A stretch of DNA of 63,076 nt, filler included, from Octopus bimaculoides (GCF_001194135.2; 5 parts of 3 records of this genome joined end to end with filler, not necessarily neighbours in it); one strand, 5' to 3'; positions 38,376 to 51,584 are shown, counted from the first letter of the whole stretch. Numbers and translations are program-made. Notes: generated by a model from the letters alone, not told the origin.

Positions 38376-39257
38376 GTATATACGCATACATACATATACA
38401 CTTACACACACATACGCATACCTATATTCCTTTATGTAAACATAAATGAATGCATGTATATATATGCATGTGTATATATATGTATGTGTATATATATGTA
38501 TGCATGCACGCTTGCATGCATGTGCGTGTATGTATATCTATATGATGTATGTAGATTTGTCAGTCCCTTAAGTGGAAGATGTAACCTAAACTAAAAGCGA
38601 AGTGAAGTGATATGGAAATATACACTTGTGTTAAAATCTTAAAATTGACAAACTAAAGCGATATAAAATGTCAAGTATAAGAATATAATGACGACGATGA
38701 ATGAAGAGATATGAAAGAAGGTGATGAGGGTAGATGCGATAGCTTTGACTTGATGAAAGATTTGGTACACTGCATTTCGATTCTCATGGTCACAAAACGG
38801 TCTTTATTAAAAAAGGAAAAAAAAAAAAAAATTCCGCACCTACACACACACACACACACACACACANNNNNNNNNNNNNNNNNNNNNNNNNNNNNNNNNN
38901 NNNNNNNNNNNNNNNNNNNNNNNNNNNNNNNNNNNNNNNNNNNNNNNNNNNNNNNNNNNNNNNNNNNNNNNNNNNNNNNNNNNNNNNNNNNNNNNNNNNN
39001 NNNNNNNNNNNNNNNNNNNNNNNNNNNNNNNNNNNNNNNNNNNNNNNNNNNNNNNNNNNNNNNNNNNNNNNNNNNNNNNNNNNNNNNNNNNNNNNNNNNN
39101 NNNNNNNNNNNNNNNNNNNNNNNNNNNNNNNNNNNNNNNNNNNNNNNNNNNNNNNNNNNNNNNNNNNNNNNNNNNNNNNNNNNNNNNNNNNNNNNNNNNN
39201 NNNNNNNNNNNNNNNNNNNNNNNNNNNNNNNNNNNNNNNNNNNNNNNNNNNNNNNNN

Positions 39258-39302
<45 letters not shown>

Positions 39303-39832
39303 GTATGTATGTATGTATATGTATATATATGTATGTTTATATCAATCATTGTTGCTTTCGCACTGAACATATCAGCCGAGTGAATAAATAAACAGCTGTG
39401 AATTTTCGTTGTAGAAACCTTTACTGTTTGTGTTAGTGTTTTTAGTTTAATTTGTCATATAAAAATGTTACACGTAAATGTTCGTGCAAAGAGTTGCTAT
39501 AAATATCATAATATCATGTATGCCCTCCATAATGGTAACGTATACGTTTTCGGGGCCAGCACATACTCACACACACGCGCGCACACACATACGCACACAT
39601 ACACACACATACACGCATGCGCATTCATGCACACTCGGGTGTATATATGAGCGTGTGTGTGTGTGTGTGTGTGTATGTGTGTGTGTGTGTGTGTGCGTAT
39701 GTGTGTGTATGTGTGTCTGATCGTATGTCACTTCTTATATATAAATTGACAGTTTAGCTGATTTTCACCTTCTGGCTGATCGCTACTGTCTTTGAGTTGT
39801 TTATCAAATATTATTATTATTATTATTATTAT

Positions 39833-40150
39833 GTAGTTTTACTTTTATAACGTGCTTTCACTTCACTACCGAGCGCAGCTCTGTGCGCCTTGGGTATGTG
39901 CTGTGATTTGCTGTGGTGCTCTTATGGTTACTGTATTGAAAGTGTTTTGCGTAGGATGTGTGCAGTGCCCAGTAGTGCAATTTTCTGTATGTTATATATA
40001 TTTGTAAGTCCTGGTGTTTTTGTTATGTATTTGTCTGAATATTTTTTTTATTATACCTAAGGCGCCTACTATGATAGGAATTGTTTGTTTTTAGATTCCA
40101 CATTCGAGTTACCTCTATTTCTAGGTCTTTGTATTTTGAAAGTTTCTCCA
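39833..40150 (-). mobile_element. R4/Dong-like RLE non-LTR element, 3' fragment embedded in (TTA)n
   Basis: Minus strand EKLSKYKDLEIEVTRMWNLK..IPIIVGALGII...IQKIALLGTAHILRKTLSIQ*, then 3' UTR; (TTA)n on both sides. Confidence 0.85.
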
Positions 40151-40163
40151 TTTATTATTATTA

Positions 40164-40203
<40 letters not shown>

Positions 40204-40240
40204 TATTATTATTATTATTATTATTAATATTATTATTATT

Positions 40241-42191
40241 ATTACTAATGCGGCGAGCCGGCAGAATCGTTAGGGCGCTGAATTTAATGCTTAGCAGTAT
40301 TTCGCCGCTCGCTACGTTCTGAGTTCAAATTCTGCCGATGTCGACTTTGTCTATATATGTATATATATTATTTAAAATAGTGAAATTCGACCTCATGCGA
40401 ATTAAAGTTTCGTCGGCTTCTTACAGAAACCTAGCACACCGGGGCTCGGTTAACCGAATGGAAAGATGAATGAAATCCAAGATGGCTACCGGAAATTGGG
40501 CTGAGATTGCTCAAGGCGAGTCACAGGGTGTTGTTAGAAGTTAGATGCATATTGCAGCGACACCAGATGCATCAAAAAGAAGAATTTCTTGGACCGCATG
40601 GCTGAACAGGAAGCTTTTGGTGCCTCAATGTCTGGTCGGTCTTTAAAGGGACTTGCAGGCGAGAGTGCGTATACTTGATGTATGAGTGCGTAGATGTCGT
40701 GTCTGATACTTATGCGTGCCTATATATGTACATATATATATGTATAATAATACAAATGATATGTGAGCATATACATATATACATACATATATGTATATAC
40801 CTACATCTACATATATAGATGCATATCTGGGTACAGGACGTCAAAAAACGTGGACAAAAAAGGAACGGGAACATAACAAAGCACAAAAAACGAACTTTTT
40901 TTACGGACAACAGAATAAACATATAGGGAAACAGAGAACCCACATATGGAACTTTTCCTTCATCAGCTGCCTCTATTGTAAACTAGGCGTTTCGAAGATG
41001 AGGCAATATATATGTATGTATTTATATATGTGTGTGTATTTATATATGTATCTTATATATATACTAGCGGGACCCGTGAATATTTCAGGGAATTAATGGT
41101 AAACTTTTTGGGTGATTTCTGAAAACTTTATCCAAAAAACCTGATAGTGTAGCCCGTGTTGTGTCTGTATCAAAAGATTGTCGCTCATCTGCTAATTATT
41201 GAAAAGTGAGAGAAATTGGAATACGATGATTACTTAATGCACTTTATATACTTTATGCACAATTTCATAGACTTAATATACAGGACTCTCCCTCTTTCTC
41301 TCTCACTCTTTGTCTTATCCGCTCTTTTTCTCGCTCAACTAATCACATGAAAGCTTTACAGACGAGCTAAGTAACGGAAATAAAAAAAAAAGAAAACTTA
41401 CAAAAACATTACACATTTTACTCACCACCATCACCTCTCCTCCCTCCCTCGCACCCCCATCGACTTCCTCCCCCTTCCTTCCCTTCCCACATATCTCCCT
41501 CCCCCTTTAACTAATCCCGTGAAAGCGTTACGGGCGGGCTAAATAACGGAAGAACAAGCAGAACTATTATAAGATACTTGCATATGTTTCCAAATCTTTA
41601 CATACATACATAAACATACACACATATATAAATACATACATAATACACACACATACACACACACACACACATATATATATATATGTGTATATATATACAT
41701 AGATTATATAGGCACGGATAAGCATCAGACACCACATCTACGCACTCATACATCGAGTATACGCACTCTCGCCTGCAAGTCCCTTTAAAGACCGACCAGA
41801 CATCGAGGCACCAAAAGCTTCCTGTTCAGCCATGCGGCCCAAGAAATTCTCCTTTTTGATGCATCTGGTGTCGCTGCAATATGCATCAAACTTCTAACAA
41901 CACCCTGTGACTCGCCTTGAGCAATCTCAGCCCAATTTCCGGTAGCCATCTTGGATTTCATTCATCTTTCCATTCGGTTAACCGAGCCCCGGTGTGCTAG
42001 GTTTCTGTAAGAAGCCGACGAGACTTTAATTCTGCATGAGGTCGAATCACACTATTTTAAATAATATATATACATATATGGACAAAATCGACATCGGCAG
42101 AATTTGAACTCAGAACGTAGCGAGCGGCGAAATACTGCTAAGCATTTAATTCAGCGCCCTAACGATTCTGCCGGCTCGCTGCCTTAGTAAT
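40241..42191. repeat. Inverted duplication: arms at about 40241-40726 and 41705-42191, spacer about 980 bp
   Basis: Base-by-base comparison by eye gives about 96% identity; each arm is a SINE-A head plus about 370 bp of non-SINE sequence. Confidence 0.95.
41062..41590 (+). mobile_element. Possible Helitron/Helentron-like non-autonomous repeat
   Basis: Starts T/ACTAGC followed by a short imperfect hairpin; duplicated block AACTAATC.C.TGAAAGC.TTAC.G.CG.GCTAA.TAACGGAA at about 41335 and 41510. Confidence 0.35.
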
Positions 42192-43221
42192 AATAATAAT
42201 AATAANNNNNNNNNNNNNNNNNNNNNNNNNNNNNNNNNNNNNNNNNNNNNNNNNNNNNNNNNNNNNNNNNNNNNNNNNNNNNNNNNNNNNNNNNNNNNNN
42301 NNNNNNNNNNNNNNNNNNNNNNNNNNNNNNNNNNNNNNNNNNNNNNNNNNNNNNNNNNNNNNNNNNNNNNNNNNNNNNNNNNNNNNNNNNNNNNNNNNNN
42401 NNNNNNNNNNNNNNNNNNNNNNNNNNNNNNNNNNNNNNNNNNNNNNNNNNNNNNNNNNNNNNNNNNNNNNNNNNNNNNNNNNNNNNNNNNNNNNNNNNNN
42501 NNNNNNNNNNNNNNNNNNNNNNNNNNNNNNNNNNNNNNNNNNNNNNNNNNNNNNNNNNNNNNNNNNNNNNNNNNNNNNNNNNNNNNNNNNNNNNNNNNNN
42601 NNNNNNNNNNNNNNNNNNNNNNNNNNNNNNNNNNNNNNNNNNNNNNNNNNNNNNNNNNNNNNNNNNNNNNNNNNNNNNNNNNNNNNNNNNNNNNNNNNNN
42701 NNNNNNNNNNNNNNNNNNNNNNNNNNNNNNNNNNNNNNNNNNNNNNNNNNNNNNNNNNNNNNNNNNNNNNNNNNNNNNNNNNNNNNNNNNNNNNNNNNNN
42801 NNNNNNNNNNNNNNNNNNNNNATTAACACTAACATCAACACTATTAGCCCTATTGTCAGCAACACTGTCACGACGACCACCACTCACAACCGCACCCAAG
42901 CTGCCCCGTTCTTACGTAAGAAAATAACCCTGTGCCAGCTCATCACAAAGAACTTAGTCACAGACGGTCAATTAAGGCCGCACGCGCGCGCGCACACACA
43001 CACACATGCATACGTATATTCTTTTGTTCGCTTATTCGGTCATTAGACAGCAGCCATGCTCGTGTGCGGTTTTCAATAGTTAGCCGATCATATCGAACTC
43101 TGTTTGCAGTTCAGTCTGGCAGATATTTTATTGATTTCTAATTGTCGAAACTGAATCTAACAAGATACAATGTGACACAATTGAAACAGCATCGAGCTTT
43201 TCACTGATATAGACACAATTA

Positions 43222-43260
<39 letters not shown>

Positions 43261-43314
43261 TCTCTCACACACACGCATAGTATGTATGTATACATACACA
43301 TATCGATATTTGCA

Positions 43315-43370
<56 letters not shown>

Positions 43371-43379
43371 CATCTATCT

Positions 43380-43581
43380 TATTTCTTTATTGCTCACAAG
43401 GGGCCAAACATAGAGGGGACAAACAAGGCCAAAGGGATTAACTGGTACTTAATTTATCGACCCTGAAAGGATGAAAGGCAAAGTCGACCTCGGCGGAATT
43501 TGAACTCAGAACGTAACAGCAGACGAAATACCGCTAAGCATTTCGCCCGGCGTGCTAACGTTTCTGCCAGCTCACCGCCTT
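43380..43581 (-). mobile_element. SINE-A, tail type 2
   Basis: Reverse complement of 28749-28949; lies in a (TATC)n array. Confidence 0.9.
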
Positions 43582-43722
43582 CAAGATATCTACCTATCTA
43601 TCTATCTATCTATCTATCTATCNNNNNNNNNNNNNNNNNNNNNNNNNNNNNNNNNNNNNNNNNNNNTTAATTAATTAANNNNNNNNNNNNNNNNNNNNNN
43701 NNNNNNNNNNNNNNNNNNNNNN

Positions 43723-44020
43723 TAAAAGGAGAAAGGGCTCTATACCCCTTTCTTATTTTTTCTGACCAGGCTCCCGTGGTTTTATGGGTTTTTCCACGTG
43801 TAACCTTTCCTTTTTCGAAGCGCCTCCCCCTTTGGGAGTTCTACTTATTTATTTATCTATTTATTTATCTATTTATTTATTATATCTTTCTCCGTTTTCT
43901 TCCTCTGTTTAAACGAACTTTCCTACCTTTACGGACAAAACCTTTTGTAACCTTCGTCCTGTCTTTGTCCTTACATATTTTTAATTGATATTAGCCCTTG
44001 TGGCCAATAAAACGAATTAA
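43723..44020 (+). mobile_element. Probable LINE 3' UTR (Tx1-like) ending in (TTA)n
   Basis: Pyrimidine-rich UTR ending GTCCTGTCTTTGTCC...AGCCCTTGTGGCCAATAAAA plus (TTA)n; resembles the 61630-61902 tail; any coding part lies in the gap. Confidence 0.45.
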
Positions 44021-44021
44021 C

Positions 44022-44067
<46 letters not shown>

Positions 44068-44525
44068 TTAAGAAAAAAGACTAATTTGTTTAGACTTACA
44101 AATTCTACTCGTCTTCATGATAACGCTCCTCCCGTTTGTTTCGTCCAGGAAACTTAAATGAGAAATATATCTAACTTTCTGTCTATCAGTGTTTGTTCTT
44201 ATTGAGTAGCTTGGCTTATATATATATTTATGTATATGTTCCATGCATACAAAGTCTTGTCTTCTCTCATAACACTGTGATTGCCACATCAGCGACACCT
44301 GTTATTTGTTTTGTTTACAAACAAAAACTAACAAAGAATGCTCGTTTTTGTTGTTGCTTTTTAGATGTTTGTTTTTGTTTTGTGTTATTTTTGTTCTTTT
44401 TTTTCTTTTGTGTCCATAAAGAGAAAAAAGAGAGGCGGGCATAAGGAGAGAAGGGGAGAAACAGAAAGAGGAAGAGAGTGAGAGAAAAATATAGGTAGAG
44501 ATAGAGAAAGAATATGAAGTGGAGT

Positions 44526-44574
<49 letters not shown>

Positions 44575-46069
44575 NNNNNNNNNNNNNNNNNNNNNNNNNN
44601 NNNNNNNNNNNNNNNNNNNNNNNNNNNNNNNNNNNNNNNNNNNNNNNNNNNNNNNNNNNNNNNNNNNNNNNNNNNNNNNNNNNNNNNNNNNNNNNNNNNN
44701 NNNNNNNNNNNNNNNNNNNNNNNNNNNNNNNNNNNNNNNNNNNNNNNNNNNNNNNNNNNNNNNNNNNNNNNNNNNNNNNNNNNNNNNNNNNNNNNNNNNN
44801 NNNNNNNNNNNNNNNNNNNNNNNNNNNNNNNNNNNNNNNNNNNNNNNNNNNNNNNNNNNNNNNNNNNNNNNNNNNNNNNNNNNNNNNNNNNNNNNNNNNN
44901 NNNNNNNNNNNNNNNNNNNNNNNNNNNNNNNNNNNNNNNNNNNNNNNNNNNNNNNNNNNNNNNNNNNNNNNNNNNNNNNNNNNNNNNNNNNNNNNNNNNN
45001 NNNNNNNNNNNNNNNNNNNNNNNNNNNNNNNNNNNNNNNNNNNNNNNNNNNNNNNNNNNNNNNNNNNNNNNNNNNNNNNNNNNNNNNNNNNNNNNNNNNN
45101 NNNNNNNNNNNNNNNNNNNNNNNNNNNNNNNNNNNNNNNNNNNNNNNNNNNNNNNNNNNNNNNNNNNNNNNNNNNNNNNNNNNNNNNNNNNNNNNNNNNN
45201 NNNNNNNNNNNNNNNNNNNNNNNNNNNNNNNNNNNNNNNNNNNNNNNNNNNNNNNNNNNNNNNNNNNNNNNNNNNNNNNNNNNNNNNNNNNNNNNNNNNN
45301 NNNNNNNNNNNNNNNNNNNNNNNNNNNNNTATATATATATATATATATATATATATGCGTGTTATGGTATAGAATTAAATGATAAATAATAAAAAGAAAG
45401 CGAGTATGTTGAAAATTTCTTTCAACAAATGAAAATATATTGATAAACTTTGAACTTAAAAACATTAGATTAAATTATTTATTTATTTACCTATTTATTT
45501 ATGAACACGCAGACTACCAGCCCAAGAACACCGTACCACTGCCACTGTAGAACACGGTACCCCGGTTGGATTGGAATCTAGTTTCCGGTTCTTTTATGAC
45601 TAAACCTGCATCATTTATTGATTTATTTAGCAAGAAAGTCTGGAATATACATCTATTTGCGGTATCGTTCTTGTTAAAACTGAGTTAGATATTAACCTAT
45701 GAAATCGCAGCAAACCAACGATAGACCCTATGTGGTCAATCAAACCTGTCATGCTAGAAAAAGCAGTAGAATCTTCAGCGTGATTACCTTTACTGCGCTC
45801 GGAGAGATTAAACATATCAAGCGTAATCAATCCTTTGTTTTATTTTTTCACAGCGAGATAAGATTGCATGTTAAACAGATAGGTTTACCCTCCATTGTTT
45901 CCGCAAACGTGCGAGATGATGAACTCAGCCAAACCCCGCCCGCTATACGAAACGAAATAACGTAAGGTATTTTATTAACTCGATGCTCTACCGCTTTTTT
46001 CCTAGATTCCAGATTTTTTTAAAGGCTAGGAAACATATGGAAAATAACAAGAATTGCTCTAATTTTATT

Positions 46070-46385
46070 TCAACACTTTTACTTCTTTCTTCGCTTCAGA
46101 CATTGGACCGCAGCCATGCTGGAGCACCGGTTTGTAGGGCTTAGTTAAACAAATTAACACCGGTTATGAAGTGATGGGTGTGCAAACATAAAGATATACT
46201 CACATATATGTATGCGTGTATCTGTCTATCTGTGTGTCGTACCCTTTCTCTCTCTCTTTCTGCGCGAGTGCGTGTGTATGTGTGCGTGTGCGTGTGTGTG
46301 TGTGTGTGCACGTGCGCGCGCGTGTAAGTGACTGAGATTCTTTCAGTTTCAGTCTACCAAATTCACTCACAGGACATTGGTCAGC
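46070..46385 (-). mobile_element. SINE-B, rearranged and truncated
   Basis: CCGCAGCCATGCTGGAGCACCG...TTCTTTCAGTTTCAGTCTACCAAATTCACTCAC. Confidence 0.7.
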
Positions 46386-46642
46386 CGGTCGGTTACAGCT
46401 TAAAGGTATGTTACGTTTTACGGAAGGCGAAAGCTAATTTAGTTATCACACACGTCGGCCCAAATCCACGTTACGCTCCCAATACGTCCGTAATACACTC
46501 GTGATACGCCATCGATACACCCGCCATACGCCCGCCATACGTCCATGATACGCCCGTGATAGGCCGCTCTATATTACATATGTAGTCGGCCTAACCAGGG
46601 GACGTATCTTCAACTCCATCTGGACAATGATACCATGTTTCT

Positions 46643-46873
46643 TATTTCTTTATTGCCCACAAGGGGCTAAACATAGAGGGGACAAACAAGGACAGACAAA
46701 GAGATTAAGTCGATTACATCGACCCCAGTGCGTGACTGGTACTTAATTTATCGACCTCGAAAGGATGAAAGGCAAAGTCGACCTCGGCGGAATTTGAACT
46801 CAGAACGTATCAGCAGACGAAATACCGTTAAGCATTTCGCCCGGTGTGCTAACGTTTCTGCCAGCTCGCCGCC
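46643..46873 (-). mobile_element. SINE-A, full length with TSD
   Basis: 17-bp TSD AATGATACCATGTTTCT (46626-42) / AATAATACCATGTTTCT (46874-90), one mismatch. Confidence 0.93.
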
Positions 46874-47515
46874 AATAATACCATGTTTCTGCCTGGTTAA
46901 GGACCATCCGACACAGCGCCTTCCCTTGGTTATATACGTGTACTGTTCGCTTGCCTAGGTGATCTTTTATTCTTAGTAGAAAGCAAAGGTCTATTTTTCC
47001 TTTCTTTTCTTTTTTTTTGTTTTGTTTTGATTACTCGGAAATTGATGTGCATATGCTGACACTAATAGGACTTGTAGAAAAGAAAATGTAAGCCCCGACA
47101 GGGTGTACACCCCCCTACACACACATATGCACTTACAAACATACACATACACAATCACATACACTTAGGTGTGTATGTGTGTGTACATTAGTTTCCGATA
47201 AATGCCTCAAGATAAACTTTTAATAACTTAATATTGCCGGGAGATTTCTTTTCAAAGTCCATCGCCCGCCTTTCACCTAAAGAAGAAAAAAAAAAGAAAA
47301 GAAAAAACCGCTGCGTGTCACTACTGACACGCATGTCATAGGTTTCGTATTACTGTCCCCTAGTCCAACGATACACGAATTTGGCAAAGCATTTAGGCTT
47401 TTGGAGTGGTTATTCCGGGTTAACATCTATTAGTAAAGAAAATTTCCGTTGTTCAACTAAGATTTTCACTTTTAACTATTTTACAGTTTAGGTTTATTCT
47501 CTCTTACAGTTTAAC

Positions 47516-47941
47516 CAGCGCTGGATTAACCATTAAGCAAAATAAGCACGTGCTAAGGGCATCAAGGGAAGGAGGGGGCACCACAGAAATGGTAAATGGT
47601 TTACGGCACAAAAGAAATCCCTTTAAACTTGCTAAAACAATATTCGGGATGCCTTTATGTCTACTAAGTATAGATGCAGATGTGTTACCTAAGATTAATT
47701 TTGAGGATCCGATCAAAGACTTTGCAATTCAAGAAAGTAGGAGAAAACTTTTCAAATCTAAATAAAGTGGAAGTATACAAAAATAAACATTGTTTTCCTT
47801 CTAACTGTTTTGTTTCGTTTCGAAAAATAAAAATTAATTTTATGATTTGTTGTTGTTTATATTTTGAATTACATAATCTTTTATGGGGGCACCAAAATCT
47901 TTTAAGTGCTTAGGGCCTCGATGGATCTTAATCCGGCCCCG
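47516..47941. mobile_element. hAT MITE
   Basis: TIRs CAGCGCTGGATTAA / TTAATCCGGCCCCG; perfect 8-bp TSD AGTTTAAC at 47508-15 and 47942-49. Confidence 0.9.
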
Positions 47942-48019
47942 AGTTTAACGTCTGATTTTTATAACTGACGATATTTAAAGACTGTACTTTCAGCGACTGT
48001 CTTAAATTCACACTTTCAA

Positions 48020-48243
48020 TACCATCCAATACCAGGGCTTCATCACTCCTGAAAAAGAGCCCCCCTGTTGGATCCCTGCCACCGCTGTCTGTTTCTGGCC
48101 AGTTGTAGCCATGTAGGCCCCAGGTGGCGGGTAAGATCATCTCGCTATCTTGTCTTTGGTCGGCCTCTTGATCTTGTCCATTGTCATGGTGTCCATCCCG
48201 TCACCCTGGTGGTCCATATGTTGTCGTTCATTCGCACCACATT
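48020..48243 (-). mobile_element. RTE-clade LINE 3' fragment
   Basis: VVRMNDNIWTTRVTGWTP*QWTRSRGRPKTR*RDDL. Confidence 0.8.
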
Positions 48244-48465
48244 TCTGTTGGAATACACCGCTTTTGTTTCAATTAATTTCGAAAATAACGAAGAATTTAA
48301 TTAAAACTTAAAAAATGACATTGCTTAAGCTGATGTTTGGAATACAAATTAACAAGAAAATTTTGATGGGAAGTTGTGATTAGATCAACTTTAAAACAGG
48401 AAATTTATATCATAGAATCAGGATGGGTGGTCTCAGGAGGGCTGGTATCAATAAGGTTAAATATC

Positions 48466-48514
<49 letters not shown>

Positions 48515-48959
48515 ATTTAGTAACAGTTTTTCTCTTATGCTGCAAGGGTTCCCAAGGGAGTAAATTTCGACTACCCGAAGGGTAAATTTGTTGATTCTGG
48601 ATTTGTACATATTTTTTTTTTCTTTCTTCAATTAAAATTTCGTTTAAGAAATTCTGAGATTGACAAGAAAGCTGGAAGTAGGCCTATTAGTGGGAAAATA
48701 AATAAACAAACAAATGGATAGGCAGGCCTTCGATATTGGTACACGATGTCATTCGCCCACACAAGCCTTCTCTCATGACATAGATAAAGGGTCTATGGTG
48801 AAATAGAGGGTCAATGACGTCGTCTATGCATACCTGCACTCTCTAGACCAATACCGAAGGAATGCCAATAAATAAATCAATGAAATAAAAACTGATTTTT
48901 TTCCTACCTTTCCGTCACTTTGGATTTAACGATCTATATTGTATACAGCTTATTGGATA

Positions 48960-49105
48960 GGGGTTGGACTCATGATCGTAAGATTGTGGCTTCGATTCTT
49001 CGACCGGGCGACGCGTTGTGTTCTTGAGCAAAACACTGCATTTCACGGTTCACTCAGCTGACAAAATTTGGTAATCATGTGATGGACCGGTGTCCCGTCT
49101 GCGAA
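48960..49105 (+). mobile_element. V-domain-like SINE fragment
   Basis: GGACTCATGATCG head, TTCTTGAGCAAAACACT, GTGATGGACCGGTGTCCCGTC. Confidence 0.65.
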
Positions 49106-50323
49106 AATTTTTTTCCCACGTGAGTTCCGGAACCCAGTCATGAACTCATTTGCATACAGCCAATCGGAGCCCAACAATTAAGCTAACAGTAATTTAAATT
49201 TCCTCTCCGGCTGAAGTTTTATTGTAGCAGAAGAGTTAAAACTCAAATAACTGAAGATAACAGAGTGGGAGCGGTGGAGGAATTTTATCTCAAAAAGCTG
49301 CTGGTGTGTAAATTGAATGAAAATGAGTAGGGAATTCCTATTCTATTATAATTAGAGTGTGCTTTGAGAGAGATTTGGTTGCTATTTCTTGAAGGCCGAT
49401 CAATCACGCAAAGGCTCCCCCACTAGCGCTTATCTATTATTTGCGTTTGAGAACTACTAAATTGTTTTTATTTTATCCCTGTTCTAAACCTATTATCAAT
49501 CTGTCTTTCACAGTGTTCTTTACCAAATATAAAATCGTTAAGTATTTAAAAACAAACTTTCTGTTGAAGATACAAACGACGCTGTCTGACTGATCTCTGT
49601 ACCATAAGTGAAATCCCTAGATGGTTACATATTCTAAGATTGAAATCATGGGGCTCTTCTATTGAGCGAGAAAGTTAGATAGCTCAATAAATAAGGTCGT
49701 AAATTTGGCACAAAATATTTTATTACTATTGCGTACATGGCAACTTTGATGGAGTACATTCGTGAGTAGATGTGAGAAGATAACATCCTGTAAGCTAAAC
49801 ATAATTTAGAATTTGGTAATGTAATATAAGAACCAGTCTTCAGAGGAAAAAAAGACAGGAAAAATTAGCAAAGACTTAATAGTAAAGCATCGTACTTGTA
49901 TAGCATTATACTATCTGGATAATCACGTGATGAACTGAGAAAGTATATAACATACGAAAGTAAATGGATAACAGCAAAAATGAATTTTAAAAAAGGGTAA
50001 GATAAGTACACTCCCTAAATTACATACTAACAGTAGGGAATAGTGGTATTTCCTTGTAAAACATTTCAAGGTAACCCAAAACACTCATGGTATTTGGAAA
50101 TCCTGATGTGCCATATAGTAAATGAAATGATGTAATTCAAGCGTACAGAATTACTGCGTTAACGTTTGATAATATAGATGTCATGCATATCGTATTTGTG
50201 AAGATGGCTACGCCTAGAAATTAAAGGCTTCAGCTCATAATTGTAAACTCGTGCGTTCAGTTCCTGGACAGGTCAGCTGAGCAAGATACTTTATTCCGCG
50301 TTACTTCATTCTATTCATTTGTA

Positions 50324-51584
50324 CGAGGGTCGGCTGAAAAGTTCATAGGCTGACCACGATACTCTCATAGAATGTGACCACATGAGGTTAATTTTTCAAC
50401 ATAGTCCTTCTTGCGATCTACACACTTCTTCCATCGATGTTGCGGTACTTGGGTTTCATTGGTGAAGAATCGTTTATCCTGTTACTCAAAAAAGTCATCA
50501 ACATCAGATATGGCGTCATCATCACTGTGACACTGGTACCCAACCAAGTGTTTTTTCATGTTGAGGAGCAGGTTATAGTCAGATGGGGCCCAAATCAGGA
50601 GAAAAAGGAGGGTAATCAACCAGTTCGAAGCCCCAGCCACGCTCAGCAGCCGTTGAAAGCAAGGGCTTGTGTGCTGGAGACCCTTTTCGTCAGTTTTCCT
50701 GGCCGTTTGGTCTTAAAAGCCTTTTATAACTATCTCAGCAAGTTGGCATCGCACTCTCTATTGATGGTTTGACCTTTTGAAGATAATAAATACAATGACT
50801 TTTGCACACATACACGCCACCACCACTACCACTACCCCGCCTAAAAAAAACTGAAGCCACAAAACCTTCCCTGCAGATGAAATGACTTTGGCTGTCTTTG
50901 GAGCAAGTGAGGATGGGTGCGTGGATTGTCTCTTTGTCTCTGAATCAAAGTGATTAACCCAACACTTATCTTGGCTTTAGAAACGTTCACGGAAACCAGC
51001 TGGATCTGCCTCAAACAGTGTCAGATTTTCCCGTGATGTAACCAGCTTGATACGCTTTTGATCAGGTGTCAGAAGACGTGGCAGCCATCGAGTAGAAAAA
51101 AACCTTTGTCACGTTAAGTTCATTGCGCAGAATATTCTCAACTTTCTCATAGGATACGCTAATAGCATTTGGTTATTCCTTTTATAATCAATCGCATGTT
51201 ATCCATCACCATGTGATGAACACGATCAATGTTTTCCTCAGTTGTAGTAGTAGCAGGACAACCAGGCCTTGGGTCATCTTCAAGACTCTCTCTTCCCCTC
51301 CTAAATTCAGCTGCTCACTTTTGCACCGTTAATAAAACTGGAGTGTCAATCCCTAATGGAGTAACTTCGTCGGTTGGGGACTAAACCCTTTTTCAGCAGA
51401 TACTTGATAACACCACGGTGCCAAATTCTGTGGATTTTCAAGACAAGTCGCTACTAGTTACTTTTGGACAGTCAGATGTCAGTTTACCCGAAAAGAAACA
51501 ATGCAGTTGATAATAAGAAGCGCTGAAATTAATGCCTGCAAGATTTCACAGCTCTAGCATCACTCCATAGTCAGCCAATAAACT
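50324..51584 (-). mobile_element. mariner element, near full length, inactivated; one TIR truncated
   Basis: TA + CGAGGGTCGGCTGAAAAGTTCATAGGCTGAC TIR, with a partial TIR GTCAGCCAATAAACT at the other end; motifs RWLPRLLTPDQKR and PPFSPDLAPSDY; stops and frameshifts. Confidence 0.9.

Noticed and set aside
47313-47332. Perfect hairpin GCGTGTCA-CTAC-TGACACGC as a Helitron 3' end
   Set aside because: No CTRR terminus at the expected distance and no matching 5' end
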